DNA of 55,885 nt from Girardia tigrina (lineage: Eukaryota). Positions 12,147 to 25,307 of this stretch are shown here, piece by piece (within the stretch, counting starts at the first letter, position 1; each line of letters starts with the position of its first letter). The position numbers and the translations under genes were made by a program. Under the pieces are notes generated by a model. It ran no database searches. It saw only the letters and a list, made by a program, of their open reading frames with translations, and was not told where the DNA came from. The stretch is from positions 1 to 55,885 of the forward strand of contig MQRK01217566.1 of the NCBI GenBank assembly GCA_001938485.1, given 5' to 3'.

Positions 12147-13077
12147 ATTTACGTTTTAAACACAAATCTTTAATCTTTAATCTGTAATCTTTAACCTGAA
12201 ATCTGTAATCTGACTCCAATTAATCAGAAAGGACTTCCAACATAAATATATAGACAATGAACACAAATTCTTTTATGAAACTTTATTTCGAATAACAAAA
12301 ATTGACAAATCAAAAATAATAATAATACTTCAATTCTTGATGACAGAACACAAAACAATATTTCGTACGAGTTAATAGATTACATCAAAAACTGTGAATC
12401 TCCCAAAACGAACGATATTGTACTTTTTTTTAAAATAAACCTCTTTCGCCCATACGGGATACTTATGGTTCAAAAAGAATAATATTTTAAAAAGAATAAT
12501 AAATAACAAAAATAATTCTATGAGTTTACTTGCTTCCTTTTGTTTTTTGATGATAGAATATTTTGGGCAAACTAAACTAATTTTGCTGCTGTTTATATAG
12601 TAATTTTCAAAAGCTTTGAAAATTGATAAAATAAAACAAAGACTAAAATATTTTTAATTCCAACTTTTGTTAAACTAAATATTATTTTATTTGAAATTAA
12701 TAATTTTACCAAAATAATTATTTAAAATTTTTTTCTATATAAAATTTTATCAAAAGTGTTCATATGTATTTTTCGAAACCCCAACAAAATTATGAGTTCT
12801 GAATTTGATAATAATGAAAGTGACATAAACGCTACTTACAAAAAGATTAATATACAAAAATTTTTTCCAAAATTCTTTCAATTAAACAATAAATTAATTC
12901 AGCAATGGTTATCCGGAGCGAACAAATAGACTCATTTAAGAAGACATAAACAATAATCATATCACATAAAGATCAACATAGAACATCGGCTAACGAATAA
13001 TTTGCCCAAGTAGCTTATGATTATGATCTCTCATGATTACACGAAAAATAACATTTAAACAATTGTTGTGTTGTTAA

Positions 13078-13630
13078 CCCTTTCCTGTCTGAATTAAGAA
13101 TATCAATTTAAACACACCAAAAGTATGTTTTTTGAGTACATATAGGGTACCAAAAAATAATTTTTAGTTTTTTTTTCTTATACATAAAAAAATATGGTAA
13201 TTATGCCATATGGAGTCATCAGTCTCATACACATATAATGCAAAATGATTCAATGTATTGAAAATAATTCTTTGGGTGGATTATTTGAAACACTGTGTTA
13301 TGTTTTTAACTTTTAATATATTATGTAATAGTAATATTCAGTTTATATAGTTTTTATCTTACATCTATCAAAAATTAAAAAAAAACATGAAATAGGTAGG
13401 TATATATTGTAAAAAAAATTAATTAGTATGAAATGTTACACTGAAATGTAGTAAAATATATGCGAAAGCAGTAAAGTAATTAGAGTAAAAATTTAATTGA
13501 CAACAAATATATCTTCTTATCGATCTTCCTTATCGATCTAAATAAAAAATGATCTCTTATTCATTCATAGATGGCTATACAAGTCTGATATATATTATGA
13601 TTCCATATGGCATCAATAGTCAGTAAAGGG
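13078..13630. mobile_element. piggyBac-type non-autonomous element
   Basis: TTAA|CCCTTTCCTGTCTG ... TAGTCAGTAAAGGG|TTAA. Subterminal inverted ATGCCATATGGAGTCAT / ATGATTCCATATGGCAT. Confidence 0.8.
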
Positions 13631-14333
13631 TTAAAAACAAGAAACATTGATGGAGGGAAATGTTACATTATCTGCAAACTCGACTACTCGATTTTTTATA
13701 CAAATTAACGAAATTCTCCAACATTCAGTACGAATCAACCCTCTATTTCTGAACAGAAATATAAATGCTTTTTTTAAAATAAATAATTAATATTTTTTAA
13801 AATTTCTCTTTTTATATTTTATTTTTTACATATTATCAAAAAGATTATTTGATATATACATATTCTTTTTTTATGTACATAAAACATAATATTTATATTT
13901 TTCCCAATCAAAATAAAATAAAAATATAAAGCAAAGATATTTAATATTTTCTATCAAATATTTAATTGATAAAATTTATTTGCATGTTGAAAAAAATGAA
14001 AATTTGATCTGAAATAATTTAAACAAAAAAATGGTAATTTTTAAGGAAATTCTTTTGGTAATTTCATTCAAATTCATCTGAAAAATTTTATTTTATTGTT
14101 AAATTAATGCTTTTCATATATTTCTAATTTATTAGGTTTTAGAAATTCTTTCAAAAAGTTTTGTTTTTTACTCGAATACAAAAATAAAATTATTATTTCT
14201 TTTCACCGGAAGGTGTAAAAGATTATGGTCCCTGCAAAGATTTTGACATATCTTTATAATTTTTTTAATAAAATAATAATTATTTAGACTCAAATTAATT
14301 AGAATTTTTATAATTCACTTTATTTTGTTTATA

Positions 14334-14752
14334 CCGGGGGGGCTCGACATACGAGTTTCATTCGTGCGGTAACCTTAATCATATCTCAAAGCAATTTTCC
14401 GCATTGAAATTAATTGAAATGCCATTAATCCGGTCCAGCTCCCAAAACACCACCTTAGTTGTTTTTGTTAAGTGTTTTTTAATAAGAAAAAATTATTTAT
14501 AATTAAAAAATAATATTCTATAAAAACACCAGTCAAACTTGTCAAAAATGTTTCGAAAACGAGAGAAACAAGCCCACAGACTGAGGTATAGTCCGAGGTT
14601 GGAGAAACTATCAGACTCTTCCTACGACATCAACAAGTTCATCGGTGTAGTGGGCGATTCCTCGTACCGCAAATCTTTCTCCCATCTCAAAGCAAAATAT
14701 CGCTCGCTCAGCGGCTCGTATATTAGGTCACTCGTAAATCGAGGTACCACTA
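14334..14752. mobile_element. Tigger/pogo-like non-autonomous element
   Basis: TA-flanked degenerate TIRs: ...CTCGACATACGAGT / ACTCGTAAATCGAGGTACCACTA. Confidence 0.65.
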
Positions 14753-15818
14753 TATTTAAATTTGATAAATAATTATATTTATACAAAAAAGAGAAATATA
14801 TACATAAAATAAATTTTAAATGTTTGATAAATGATTGCTAAATTAAATACAAAACTTTAATAAAACAGAATAGTAACGTAATAAAACAGAAAATTAATAC
14901 ATGTAAATATCATTCTCACAATAAATGAAATGAAAAGAATTATATCTAACAATAAAATATTATTAATTACAAAAACATTTGCCGATAAACAGCAGCAAAA
15001 AATGACCTAAATTTATTCCGTGTGAAAAAATTGTTTTGCAAAAAGTATAATGTAAACAATCAATTATCCGATATCTGAGTTGACTGATTTTAATAATCTC
15101 CCATCTTTTGCTGTAAAAATAGAATGAGAAGAGGTAACATTACTCAATAAGACTCATTTTTATAAGTCTTATTTACTGAGATCACAACCTGTACTTTTTA
15201 CTAGTATAAAAATAATTATTTTGTCAGCTTACAAAACGACCAGGATTTGTCTAAATATGAGGTAAAAGAAATTAAATAGTATTGGAAATGGTTAAATGCA
15301 TAAAAAAAATTAATAAATATATTTTGCCTTAATAACGACCGACAAAGTGGTTACTAAAATATCATATACGAACACTAATCTTATTTAAATTAAAATCGCA
15401 TAGGAAAGTACCTTTCGTCATGCTTCAGTAATGCATTAATTTATTTTCCGACAGGTGATACGAGTTGATAGATTCGTTTGAGTACTTTCTTCATTTTGAG
15501 TCTTTAATGCACATTTGATCAGGAAATATTACAAAATTAAAAGAAAAACAATATACAAATATAGTAAAAATATTATATTTATATATTTATATATATTATA
15601 TTTATAAAATATTATACTATTATATTTAATCTCCAAAAAATGTTACATTACAACTTTTAATGTTTTAAATTCAGAAAATAATGATATACGTTTATGTCAA
15701 GCTATAAAAGTTATTTTTTTAATTAATTCATTATTTTTTTATTTAAAAAATATACAAATTGAAAAATGTTGACTATTATAAAAAAACAAGGCCATTTAAA
15801 ATATATTTAGTGTTGATT

Positions 15819-15870
<52 letters not shown>

Positions 15871-15971
15871 AGAATTTTGTTTGATGTTATTGGCAAAATA
15901 TTTTGTAATAAAAGAAATTTTTACATTGTAACCGAGAATCTTAGTCAATCGACTTGATTGTGAATGATCAC

Positions 15972-16213
15972 TGTTAGAAGACTTCGAGACAGTGATAATA
16001 TTTATTTAAAGACAATAAAATGAGGAATATCATCAGTATATATATTGATTAATGCTATCATCAATCTGGGTCAAACAAACACTCATTCATTTCACCATAC
16101 ACACTATTTCGGTTGTGACCTATTACACAACAATACAAAGATCACACCTTGAACATACAATACATACATTACGCAACATACATTTATTAGTTTTGATTAT
16201 AATTCTCCTCACA
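15972..16213 (-). mobile_element. Short solo LTR (TGTGAGG family)
   Basis: Minus strand TGTGAGG...TCTAACA with exact 5-bp TSD ATCAC. Confidence 0.75.
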
Positions 16214-17091
16214 ATCACTGCTCTGAATTTAAGGTTTTCTGTTTTATAGAAAGACTTTGATTCACGTAGGGACCTACAGTCATGCATATATGTATAAATA
16301 ATTATAAATTATTTATAAAAAATAAATTTATATGCATACATATAAATTAAAATCGAGAATTAAAGATTTTGATATTAAAATGGAAAATAAGACTTTCTAA
16401 TTAACAACGGAGATTCCCTAACTCACCAATTGAGCCAGTTTTGTGGTATTATTAAACTACTACAAGTGGAATTTAGTACATTTTTTGGCAATAAAAATCT
16501 AGGACAATTTTTCAGTCAATTCAATAATCATTCTCGATTTCAATTAATTGAATAACGTTTTCACATGTCGTCATCGAATCTCTCGAACTCCATCAGCATA
16601 TCCAATTATAATACAATTTATTATTTCGTGGCAGCTTTTACCAATCTCATGGACGATCAGTCTAAATATATAGACAATAACCACTCGAACAAAAATGCAA
16701 ATTATCGTGATTCCGAAACTGATTACTTTCATTATAACAGATAGTTTACTATGTCGTTATATCTTTTGTTAAATTAAAATTAATTTTTGTTATTTTTATT
16801 TATATATATTTACACCCTTCAACAAGTATTTCAAAGAAAAACAATTGAATTTAAAATACTTGAATTGTATTTTAAATAATAACAATTGTATTTTAAAAAA
16901 TAAAAATTGTATTGATCAGACACCAAATTTATTTAGGTGTATCTTGAGTATTTAATCTTCACTGTATAAGAAAAAATAAACGACAATTTAATAGTCATAA
17001 CAATTTTGAATAAATAAATTTACTCTTAAACGCAATCTAATATTGTATAGCTTCAGTAAATCATATATTGCGGAAATTAAATTAAAATTAT

Positions 17092-17546
17092 TGTTAAGAG
17101 AACTCACACATTTGACAAAACATTTATTACATTCACATTTCTTATCATCTTTATGATGTTCAATATTATTGCTTTCACTATAATCCATCACTCAATTTTC
17201 AATATCTCTCATTATAATCTGAACTATACTTGAGAAAATTATTTTATTAAAAAATATTTAATTTAAATTTTATTGGCTTAAATAAAATATTTTTATAGTC
17301 AATTTTAAACATTACTTTGATTTTAATTATTTAAAAATTTACAAAAATAAAATCAATAAAATTATTTAAAAGTTTCAATAATAAAAATTAGAAATTTGAA
17401 TATTAAATCTAAATTTAAATAAATTAGTTTCAGATTATAAGAATTAAAATATTGATCCTCCATCTGAGAAGGAGAGGCACAATCCAAAATCAACACACAA
17501 CATTTAAACATGCAAACACTACAAAAAAACAATTATATTCCTCACA
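17092..17546 (-). mobile_element. Solo LTR (455 bp, TGTGAGG family)
   Basis: Minus strand TGTGAGGAAT...CTCTTAACA with exact 5-bp TSD ATTAT; similar to the LTR at 29085. Confidence 0.88.
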
Positions 17547-18528
17547 ATTATCATATTTTTATATTTATTTATGTTTAAAATATTCTCTTCTCCTACCATA
17601 TGAAAAACTTAATTCGAATGAAAATCTCTGCTTTGTAATAGCTGAATTATTTTGCATTTTTATGACGATTTATAAATGTAATATATGATTTATTAACTCT
17701 AGTGTTACAACTAAATCCCACTTCTGACACCAGTTATTATAATGTAGTTTATTAACACTATAATTAAGTTTATTATGATATTGAAAACGTGAGATTTATT
17801 TGTAACACCACTATAAAAATTAGTTGATAAATAACTTGTTATTACACACAAAAAAATAAACAATCTTACAACAGTAATCGTAAATTGCCAAGATTATAAT
17901 CGTAAGTTGTTATTTAACAATTGACTGTCCGAATAAATTTTCTTTTCAATTATTCTCTTAAATAGTCAGACTATTTGCGAATATACTTTTACACAGTCTT
18001 TTCCTTTTTCCCTGTGTCTTTAGGAAATCACGATAAAACAAGAATCGTTAATTGTTGTTGGAATAATTTTTTCCTTTTTATTATTCTTTCCAATAGTTGA
18101 AATGTCAGTAAATATAACCTCGACCAGTTCTCTTCTCTGTATTGTAACAATTAATTTCTATAATGCCGCAGCAAATTCATAATAGAATTATATTTTCTAT
18201 TGATTTTTTTAATTTAAATTATGATCATTGACCATTTTAATTCAAATTTATTTTTATTTTAATTTAAGAGTTATTTTCTGCGCTAATGCAAGATTTGCAA
18301 TAATTCTTTCAAAAAATCGTAAATTTGATTTTTTTTCTTTAAAAAAAAATTTCAAAGCATCATTTCTTAATTTTTTGTTTCATTAATTCTTTTCTCAGTG
18401 TCATTTCACGTTCATATTCAATAGTAGTTATGATTCTATAATGTAGGTTTAATGTTATGAAGATGATTTCACAACTTTATCATTTAATCTTCATTCAGGT
18501 TGACGAAATAAAATAAATATATACACAT

Positions 18529-18992
18529 TCTTATATATAATTCGTCTAAGACAGACATGTCTGTGTTCTGGACTAAAAAAAACAAAATTTAACGAATTTA
18601 CACACAGACCTCAGATCAAACAGCATACAAGCAAATTAGAAGAATTCACAAAGGACACAATCACGCAACCATGCCTTAACTAAAATTAATATATTACAAT
18701 AAATATTTAAATATAAAAAATGAAAAATTAATAATAAAAGAATTAAGTGAAATAAAAAATGTAAATAATAATTGAACTTTGTTCAATAATTAAATATTTT
18801 TATTTTTATTAAAAAATTTTAAAAATCACATAACAACTGAATTAACATTATAATCAGGATAAATAATACAATTTCCTTCCAGTAAAAACATTCTTATTTT
18901 TTAAAAATAATAAGCGTCATCTTCTAACTACTGAAGATCCATCAAAAGAGAAAGGTCTAATTAGCAATCAAAAGATTACCGACAAGCGCTAA
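18529..18992 (+). mobile_element. Helitron-like non-autonomous element
   Basis: 5' TCTTATATATAA; 3' hairpin GCAATC-AAAA-GATTAC followed about 10 nt later by CTAA|T (degenerate CTAG). Confidence 0.45.
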
Positions 18993-19139
18993 TATGTATT
19001 TATATATTTGTAACTCTCAACAAATGAAGCTTCCTACAACTCCAATTCTAATCACTGACAAATCAAATCATCTCTTCATAATAAAAACACAAAAAAATAA
19101 ACAAAAGACAAAATTTGGTAAGTCAAACAAAAAATTTAT

Positions 19140-19810
19140 TTTATAAACCCTCAGACATATCTCTCATAATCAGAGCAGCTTCTAAAAATGATGATGAGTG
19201 CTGTGCTGCTTTTGAGCAGTCACCTGGTGTAACCGTTTCTGTTGCTGCTTTGACTAAAGCTTCAAGTACAATAATGGCTGCTCTTGTAGTCGCGGTTCAT
19301 CGACTTGTGGAATAGTAATGCTAGTCTTAACATGAGCCTTAACTGTCGCCCAAATCGATTCGATAGGATTCAACATAGGACTGTATGGCCCTAGTCTAAG
19401 CAGCACAGTCTCAGATCCTTCGAAGACTGATTCCAGGCGGCTGTATCTAGTAGCATTATCAGCAAAAACGACGAGGTCTTGAAGACGAAAACCATTTGCA
19501 AACCATTGGTTGAACAAACTCTGGGCCCAGTTCATTTGAACGATCCTCGACAGATTTCCATGCTGCAAACTTCATTTGCAGTTATCGCTCCAATGAGATG
19601 GATGTTTGGCCCTTGTGATGCAGGTAGTGATATAACGGCTCGCTGTCCCATATTCGACCATCCAATCCGTCGTCGTGAAATTTGTTTCGTCCAACCACAT
19701 CACCTGACGACCTTAACACATTATAGCACTTAAATTAGTAAAATAATCTTTTCTTTTTCTCTTATTATCCTCCGTGTTCATTGTTATAGGTTGTTGATGG
19801 ATATTCTTGA
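19140..19810 (-). pseudogene. IS630/Tc1-like DDE transposase (DD32E spacing)
   Basis: WLDETNF, GWS..GQRA..GPNIHLIGAI, ADNA...RLGPYSPMLNPIESIW; frameshifted. Confidence 0.85.
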
Positions 19811-20036
19811 CAGTGTATTATATATATTTTGCTTGAGTACATAAAGTAGTCAAGCCAAAATTTAAATTAAAATTAAAAAATTAAATAAATCATTAATCAT
19901 CGATTTAAAAATAGAAATTATGATAATAATGACTGTTCGTCATATGTTTCATTAATTTTGTTTTTATAATTTATATTTTGTGTGATTTCGCAATTAACGG
20001 TTCTTTATCAATCATTTTTTTCAAATTGAAGAAATT

Positions 20037-20268
20037 GTCGTCATCCGATCAAGAAATCGCTATATTCAAATAACTGAAAATTTTTATCGTCGTTCGATCG
20101 TGAAATCGCTATATCCAAATAACTGAATATTTTTGTCGTTGTCCGATTGTGAAACCACTATAACCGAATAATAGAAAATTTTTGTCGTCGTCCGATTGTT
20201 TAATTAATATATCCGAATAACTAAAAATTGTTGTCATGGTCATTTTGTGAAACCACTCTATCCGAATT
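20037..20268. repeat. 49-bp minisatellite, about 4.7 copies
   Basis: Units start at 20037, 20086, 20135, 20184 and 20233; consensus approximately GTCGTCGTCCGATTGTGAAACCACTATATCCGAATAACTGAAAATTTTT. Confidence 0.9.
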
Positions 20269-20487
20269 AAAAGAACTTAATTATCCAAGGCCAGATCCTG
20301 TCAATTCCAAGTAACTTTTTATTATTATCACCTACTGCTATTTTATTGTGATCTGTTTTTTATCTTCTTTTCCCTTGTTCTATCTTTGATTTTAAATTAC
20401 ATATATTATAAATATTATTTCATATTTAATTTTATTCCGATAATGGAAACAACCTCTAGTTCCAGACTCGAACTCTAGGTAATTTCT

Positions 20488-20533
<46 letters not shown>

Positions 20534-21939
20534 CTTTATCATTTAAAAATTATATTTCAGTTATTTGTAGTTGTAAATGTATATTCATTGAGTCTGCTTT
20601 CCGACATTATTTATCGGGATATACTTAATAGATGAAATCTCAGACAAGGAGTTCAAGAGAACAGTTTCAGTATGAATAAGAGATAAGATTACTGAGAAAA
20701 GGAAAACTTGTAAGCGTAACTTAATTATGAAGGATAAGTATTTTAAATATTATTTAGATGTTAAAATATGTTTGTTAAGATCTCTGAAACAATTATTTTT
20801 AAACACTTATTACTAAAACACTGATATGTGTCTTCGTCACTGCTCTTGAAAATATTTTTATTATCCATTAAAATTTTAGTCCTCTAAATTTATTTTATTT
20901 TGCTTCATAACAAATTTTTAATAAAAATATACAAATTTTATTATTTCACAATGCTTAGTTTTCTTATAATTATAATACCGAGTAAACCAAATTTAAAAAC
21001 TTTCCAAAAATTATTTATAATTAAAACTTAGCACATTTATTACTTCATAAATATAAATTTTATTAGATTATTAATTATATTAACTTTTTAAAATTTTTAA
21101 TTATGCTATTATCATTAATACAAATTTAATAACGCTCCAAATGACAACTGTATGGGAAAATCACAATTCTACGTCCAGCATACTTAAATCAATCATTCCA
21201 CATGCATTTAAATTTTAAATATTCCTAACAATGTTAATAACAGCTCATGATCAGAAAATTAACCACTAAGTTAAGAGTTTTTGATTAATTTTTCATGAGA
21301 AATTACTCAATCATTATTATTTTATTAAAAGGTCTTCAGAAACCCGTTCTTTTTTCTTCCAATTTCGAATTTATCACAGAATTCCAAGTTTAATTAGATC
21401 AGTATATCTGTTGGGTTAGTTCTTTGTCTTTTAAGTCAACATCGCATGAAGTCTTAATTGTCTAATTACAAAAATATTATATTAATACATTAGATAATAA
21501 CTCTAGTGCGACTATAACCTCTCTTCACATAACATTAAATTCGTAAGGAAGCATGTTTTACTTTTGACTAAGATCATTTTGAAAAGGGAATACAAATATA
21601 AATATTCAGTAAAATCGACTGACAAAAAATAAATTATTTTGTTGAACTTCATCAATTTATTGATTTATACTTCTCAAAAATAGCTAAAATAAAGGAGCGT
21701 TCTTATTACATTTCATTTCGGTAATGAAACACTACAGTTATTATCAGTGCTCAAGATGTCCACAAGATATATTATCCTATTAGTGCAAGCATTCAACTGT
21801 GTCGAAACATATTAATGAATTTTAAATGAAATTAATAAAGTTCAGTGTAATGCAAAATTAATTATTTCCATATTGTCTTAAAACACGTCTAAAAAGCAGC
21901 TCTGAAAAATTAAAATCATATGTTAAAAAGGACATATTT

Positions 21940-22320
21940 TATAAATAATATTTATTAATGATGATGTATTTCGACGATTTTACTGTCATCATCAGATATT
22001 AATAATGTTGTCGAGAAGGACTCTTTTTTTAGACTCTTCCTGTATTCTGCCAAATCTGCCAGAAAGTTGAATACCCAGAGCACATCGCGAGCAATGTGTT
22101 CTCTCATCAATTGCTTTTTATGGCTACTTATTCTGTGATCTTCTGATGCAATCTCAAAGTTAAGAACTTTTCGAACCTCAGTCACATCCTTCCGCGAATT
22201 GTATTCATAGAATATTATGTGCCTATGACCAGAATCACTCTTGCGCCAGTCACTGCAATCGTCATATCCTTATTTGGGATACTGTTGAGTTTGGTCTTCT
22301 TGATAACCGTCCTCGTGTAC
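21940..22320 (-). mobile_element. Old, diverged Penelope-like 3' remnant
   Basis: Ends in a hammerhead plus AATAAA. Upstream are weak GIY-YIG C-terminal-like strings (RKVL..EI, RD..GIQLSG). Confidence 0.5.
21960..21998 (-). ncRNA. Degenerate minimal hammerhead ribozyme
   Basis: Minus strand: AT-CTGATGA-T-GACAG-TAAAA-TCGTC-GAAA-TACA-TC-AT; stems II and III are mutated. Confidence 0.7.
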
Positions 22321-22835
22321 TTTAATAAGTATTATTTTATCACATGTACTAAATTAGAGATGGTGAAATTATTCACATTTAATTAATTGAAAATTCTCAA
22401 CATAATGCTTTACACAAAACTCTCTCCGAATAAATCTTTTGCAAACATTTACAATAACCTTTGATCGAAAAATTAATTTTCAAGTCTCTTTAAAATCGAC
22501 TTTTTCTGCTATTATTTAACTTTTTATATAAAGTACTTTGAGTTCATTAAAAATCATCAAAATAAAAATTACGATATTTTCTCTTTAGAATTTTCAAAAA
22601 GCTGGTTGATTAATTTGATACATCATGATATCATGTTATTAAAATTTTATTCTATCTGTAAAGGTTTATTGGTGTATAAATGCAGAGTTATTTAAAAAAA
22701 TATAAACAATGCAAACGTTTGTAAAATTTTATTAAAAAACTAAACTGCCAACTATTAATTAAAATTTTAACAGTCTTCTCATTATATCTGCAACATCAAT
22801 ATTAGAATTCATTTTTTAACAACAAAAGTTATTCA

Positions 22836-23410
22836 TATAACAACAATTCACATATTTAAAAAAAATTTTCTGTTAATTTAATTATCTCACCATAAATTAA
22901 TTTATTAAATTTTTTCGATTCAATTTTTATAATCTTGCAAATTTATTAAATAATTTTCACATTAAAACTAAAAATTTATTTTAAAATTTATTTAAAATTG
23001 TTTCATAACTTCTATTAAAAACAATTCTATAATAAATTGTTATAACTGTAAAAATAATTTTATTTATAAATAAATATTTAATATTTAATGGTTTTCTTAT
23101 CATTTTTAATTTTAAGATATTTAATAGATACATTAAAAACATACTTTTTATTTTTAAATAGATATTTAATTTTTTTATGATTTTATTTTATTATATCATT
23201 TTTAATTTTTAAAATATTTAAAAAACACATTAAAAACATATTTTATTTTTAAATACGTATTTGACTTTTTAATAGTTGTTTTATTATATCATTTTTAATT
23301 TTAAAATATTTAATAAGCATATTAACATTAAAATATTTTACCTTTTAAATTAAAAAAATAATAAATTATTTTGGCGAGAGGCAAATTTAAATTAACCCCT
23401 CATAATATCA
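22836..23410 (+). repeat. Dispersed AT-rich repeat family (reference copy)
   Basis: Related pieces at 1-270, 9755-9880 (-), 11090-11430 plus 12000-12150 (-), 50740-50775 and 55400-55770. Ends TTAACCCCTCATAAT. Confidence 0.7.
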
Positions 23411-23524
23411 TAGCAAGCTAAAATTCTTTGAGATATAGCATGACAAGCATTTTCAATGTCTGAGTCATTACTCCATATATCGTTCATTGTCTTTTGTTGT
23501 GGACTAAATTATATGTGTTATTTG

Positions 23525-25115
23525 TGTGAGGGAAAATTCTGATTATTGTGAGTTTTTTGTTGGTATGCTGGTTAAATCGGTTATTCTCCTACCCAGATGG
23601 GGTTGATATGGTATCGATTAATTATCCAAATCTAATGAGATTAATTTAATGAGATCAAACTTTAAATACTAATTAAATAAAAAGTTTTATAATTTTAAAT
23701 TTTCATATTAGGTTGTTGCAAAAGCAATGCATGTTTTTGAACCGAAACTTTAAACAAATGTTATTCAGCACAGAGTAAACTTTATTAATCAAAATAAAAA
23801 CCATCAGAATCAATATATTTTTACCAACGAGAAACAAGTTTATTGATGCCCCTAGTGTAGAACTCCTAGGTTGCGATGAATGTGTTAAAGGCGTCTTTGG
23901 CGTCGTCTTTGTCTTTGAGGCATTTTTCCTGGAGGAAGTTGTCCAAATGCTTGAAAAAATGGTAGTCGGTGGACGAGATGTTTGGTGAGTAGGATAGATG
24001 AGGCAGAGTTTCGTAGTCCAATTGGTTTAGCTTTTGTAGGGTCGGTTTTGCGATATGTGCCCGGGAGTTGTCGTCGAGGAGAATCGGCCCCTTCATATTG
24101 ACCAATCTCGGATGTAAATTTGTTAGCAGTACTTTTCTACGGTGATCATTTCACCCGTATTCAGAAAGCTGTGATGAATGAGACCGGTTGTAGACCATCA
24201 AACAGTCACCATAACATTCTTTAGGTGTTGTTTCGGTTTCCTGAAATGGTGAGGAGCCTCATCGCGGTACAACCATTGTGCCAAAAGTCGCCTATTGTCG
24301 TAGAGAATCCACTTCTAATCACACGTCACAATCCGATCAAGAAACGGGTGGTTCTTATTGCGCAAAAGAAGCGCGGATGACACATCAAAATGAAATTTTT
24401 TTTGACTTTCGTTCAATTCCTGAGGCACCAATTTATTGAACTTTTTCGACTTTTCAATTTGGATTAAGTGCCGAGCGACGTTTGAGAGATCAACTTTAAG
24501 ATCGTCTACGAGTGCTCGAACAGTTGTGCGTGAATCGGCTTCCACCAGCTCCATCAATTTGTCATTATCAATTGTCGATGGGTGGCTACCATGAGGCGCA
24601 TCTTCCAGGTTAGTATTGCCAGAGCGAAACTTTTGATACCAGTGCTGCACCGTGCATTCGTTGACACTTCCCTTGCCCTAAACTTCGTTGATGTGTCGAA
24701 TGTTTGAACTGCAGTAAGTCCTAGCTTGAACTCGTAAAATTAAATGTTGCGAAAATCACGTTTTGACATCTGAAATTAAAATCGAAATTATTAACAAAAG
24801 ATACATTATAATAAGTTTTAGACAAATATATCTACAAGAGCTTTTGAATGACTCATAACATCATAAATTACATAACATCCTACATGTTTTATTTGTATAA
24901 CATTGTAAGAATTACAAAAAAATCAAAAACCTGCATTCCTTTTACAACAACCTAACAATACTTTTGAGTAAATAATTAAGCTTATTAAATTTAATATAAT
25001 TTAAAAAACAAATGTTTATTTTAAAATTTACCCAATAAGTTTTTACTCAATAAAATTTTAAGAAATTAAAAATAATCATTTTTTGTATATCTCATTCATT
25101 TATCAAAGATTTGTT
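23525..25115 (+). mobile_element. LTR-family fragment (TGTGAGG..TCTCCTACCCAGATG) split by a mariner; 3' end approximate
   Basis: Shares the LTR start and the TCTCCTACCCAGAT motif with 29085. Confidence 0.5.
23708..24955 (-). mobile_element. mariner (D,D34D) transposon with pseudogenised transposase
   Basis: TIRs TTAGGTTGTTGCAAAAGCAATGCA / TGCATTCCTTTTACAACAACCTAA. Motifs RIVTCD, LDDNSRAH, YSPNISSTDY. Confidence 0.93.
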
Positions 25116-25255
25116 AAGATAAGTCTGTATGTGATGTTAAAAAATGTTTTCCCGTAAATTGTGAAGTTGCTAATATTTTGTTACTAGATTATATTTTTTC
25201 CTAAATAGTAAATAATATGAATGTATTATTTACATTTGTTTCCTGTGATGAAATA

Positions 25256-25258
<3 letters not shown>

Positions 25259-25303
<45 letters not shown>
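25259..25303. repeat. (TA)n microsatellite (others at about 9929, 15825, 20491, 26931, 46297)
   Basis: Visible TA runs. Confidence 0.95.

Positions 25304-25304
<1 letters not shown>

Positions 25305-25307
<3 letters not shown>

Noticed and set aside
16988-17191. Cys/His-rich ORF (HHKDDKKCECNKC) duplicated at ~620-720
   Set aside because: It lies in a solo LTR and crosses its TSD-defined boundary.
20037-20268. CRISPR-like array
   Set aside because: Whole units repeat with no unique spacers, no cas genes are present, and the context is eukaryotic.
21955-22320. Long minus frame resembling tandem mariner HTH motifs (HRHIIFYEY.., REHIARDVLW..) as a domesticated gene
   Set aside because: Its end (SDDDSKIVEIH) is the hammerhead sequence read as codons, and the frame has an internal TAA. 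A decayed Penelope end explains it better.
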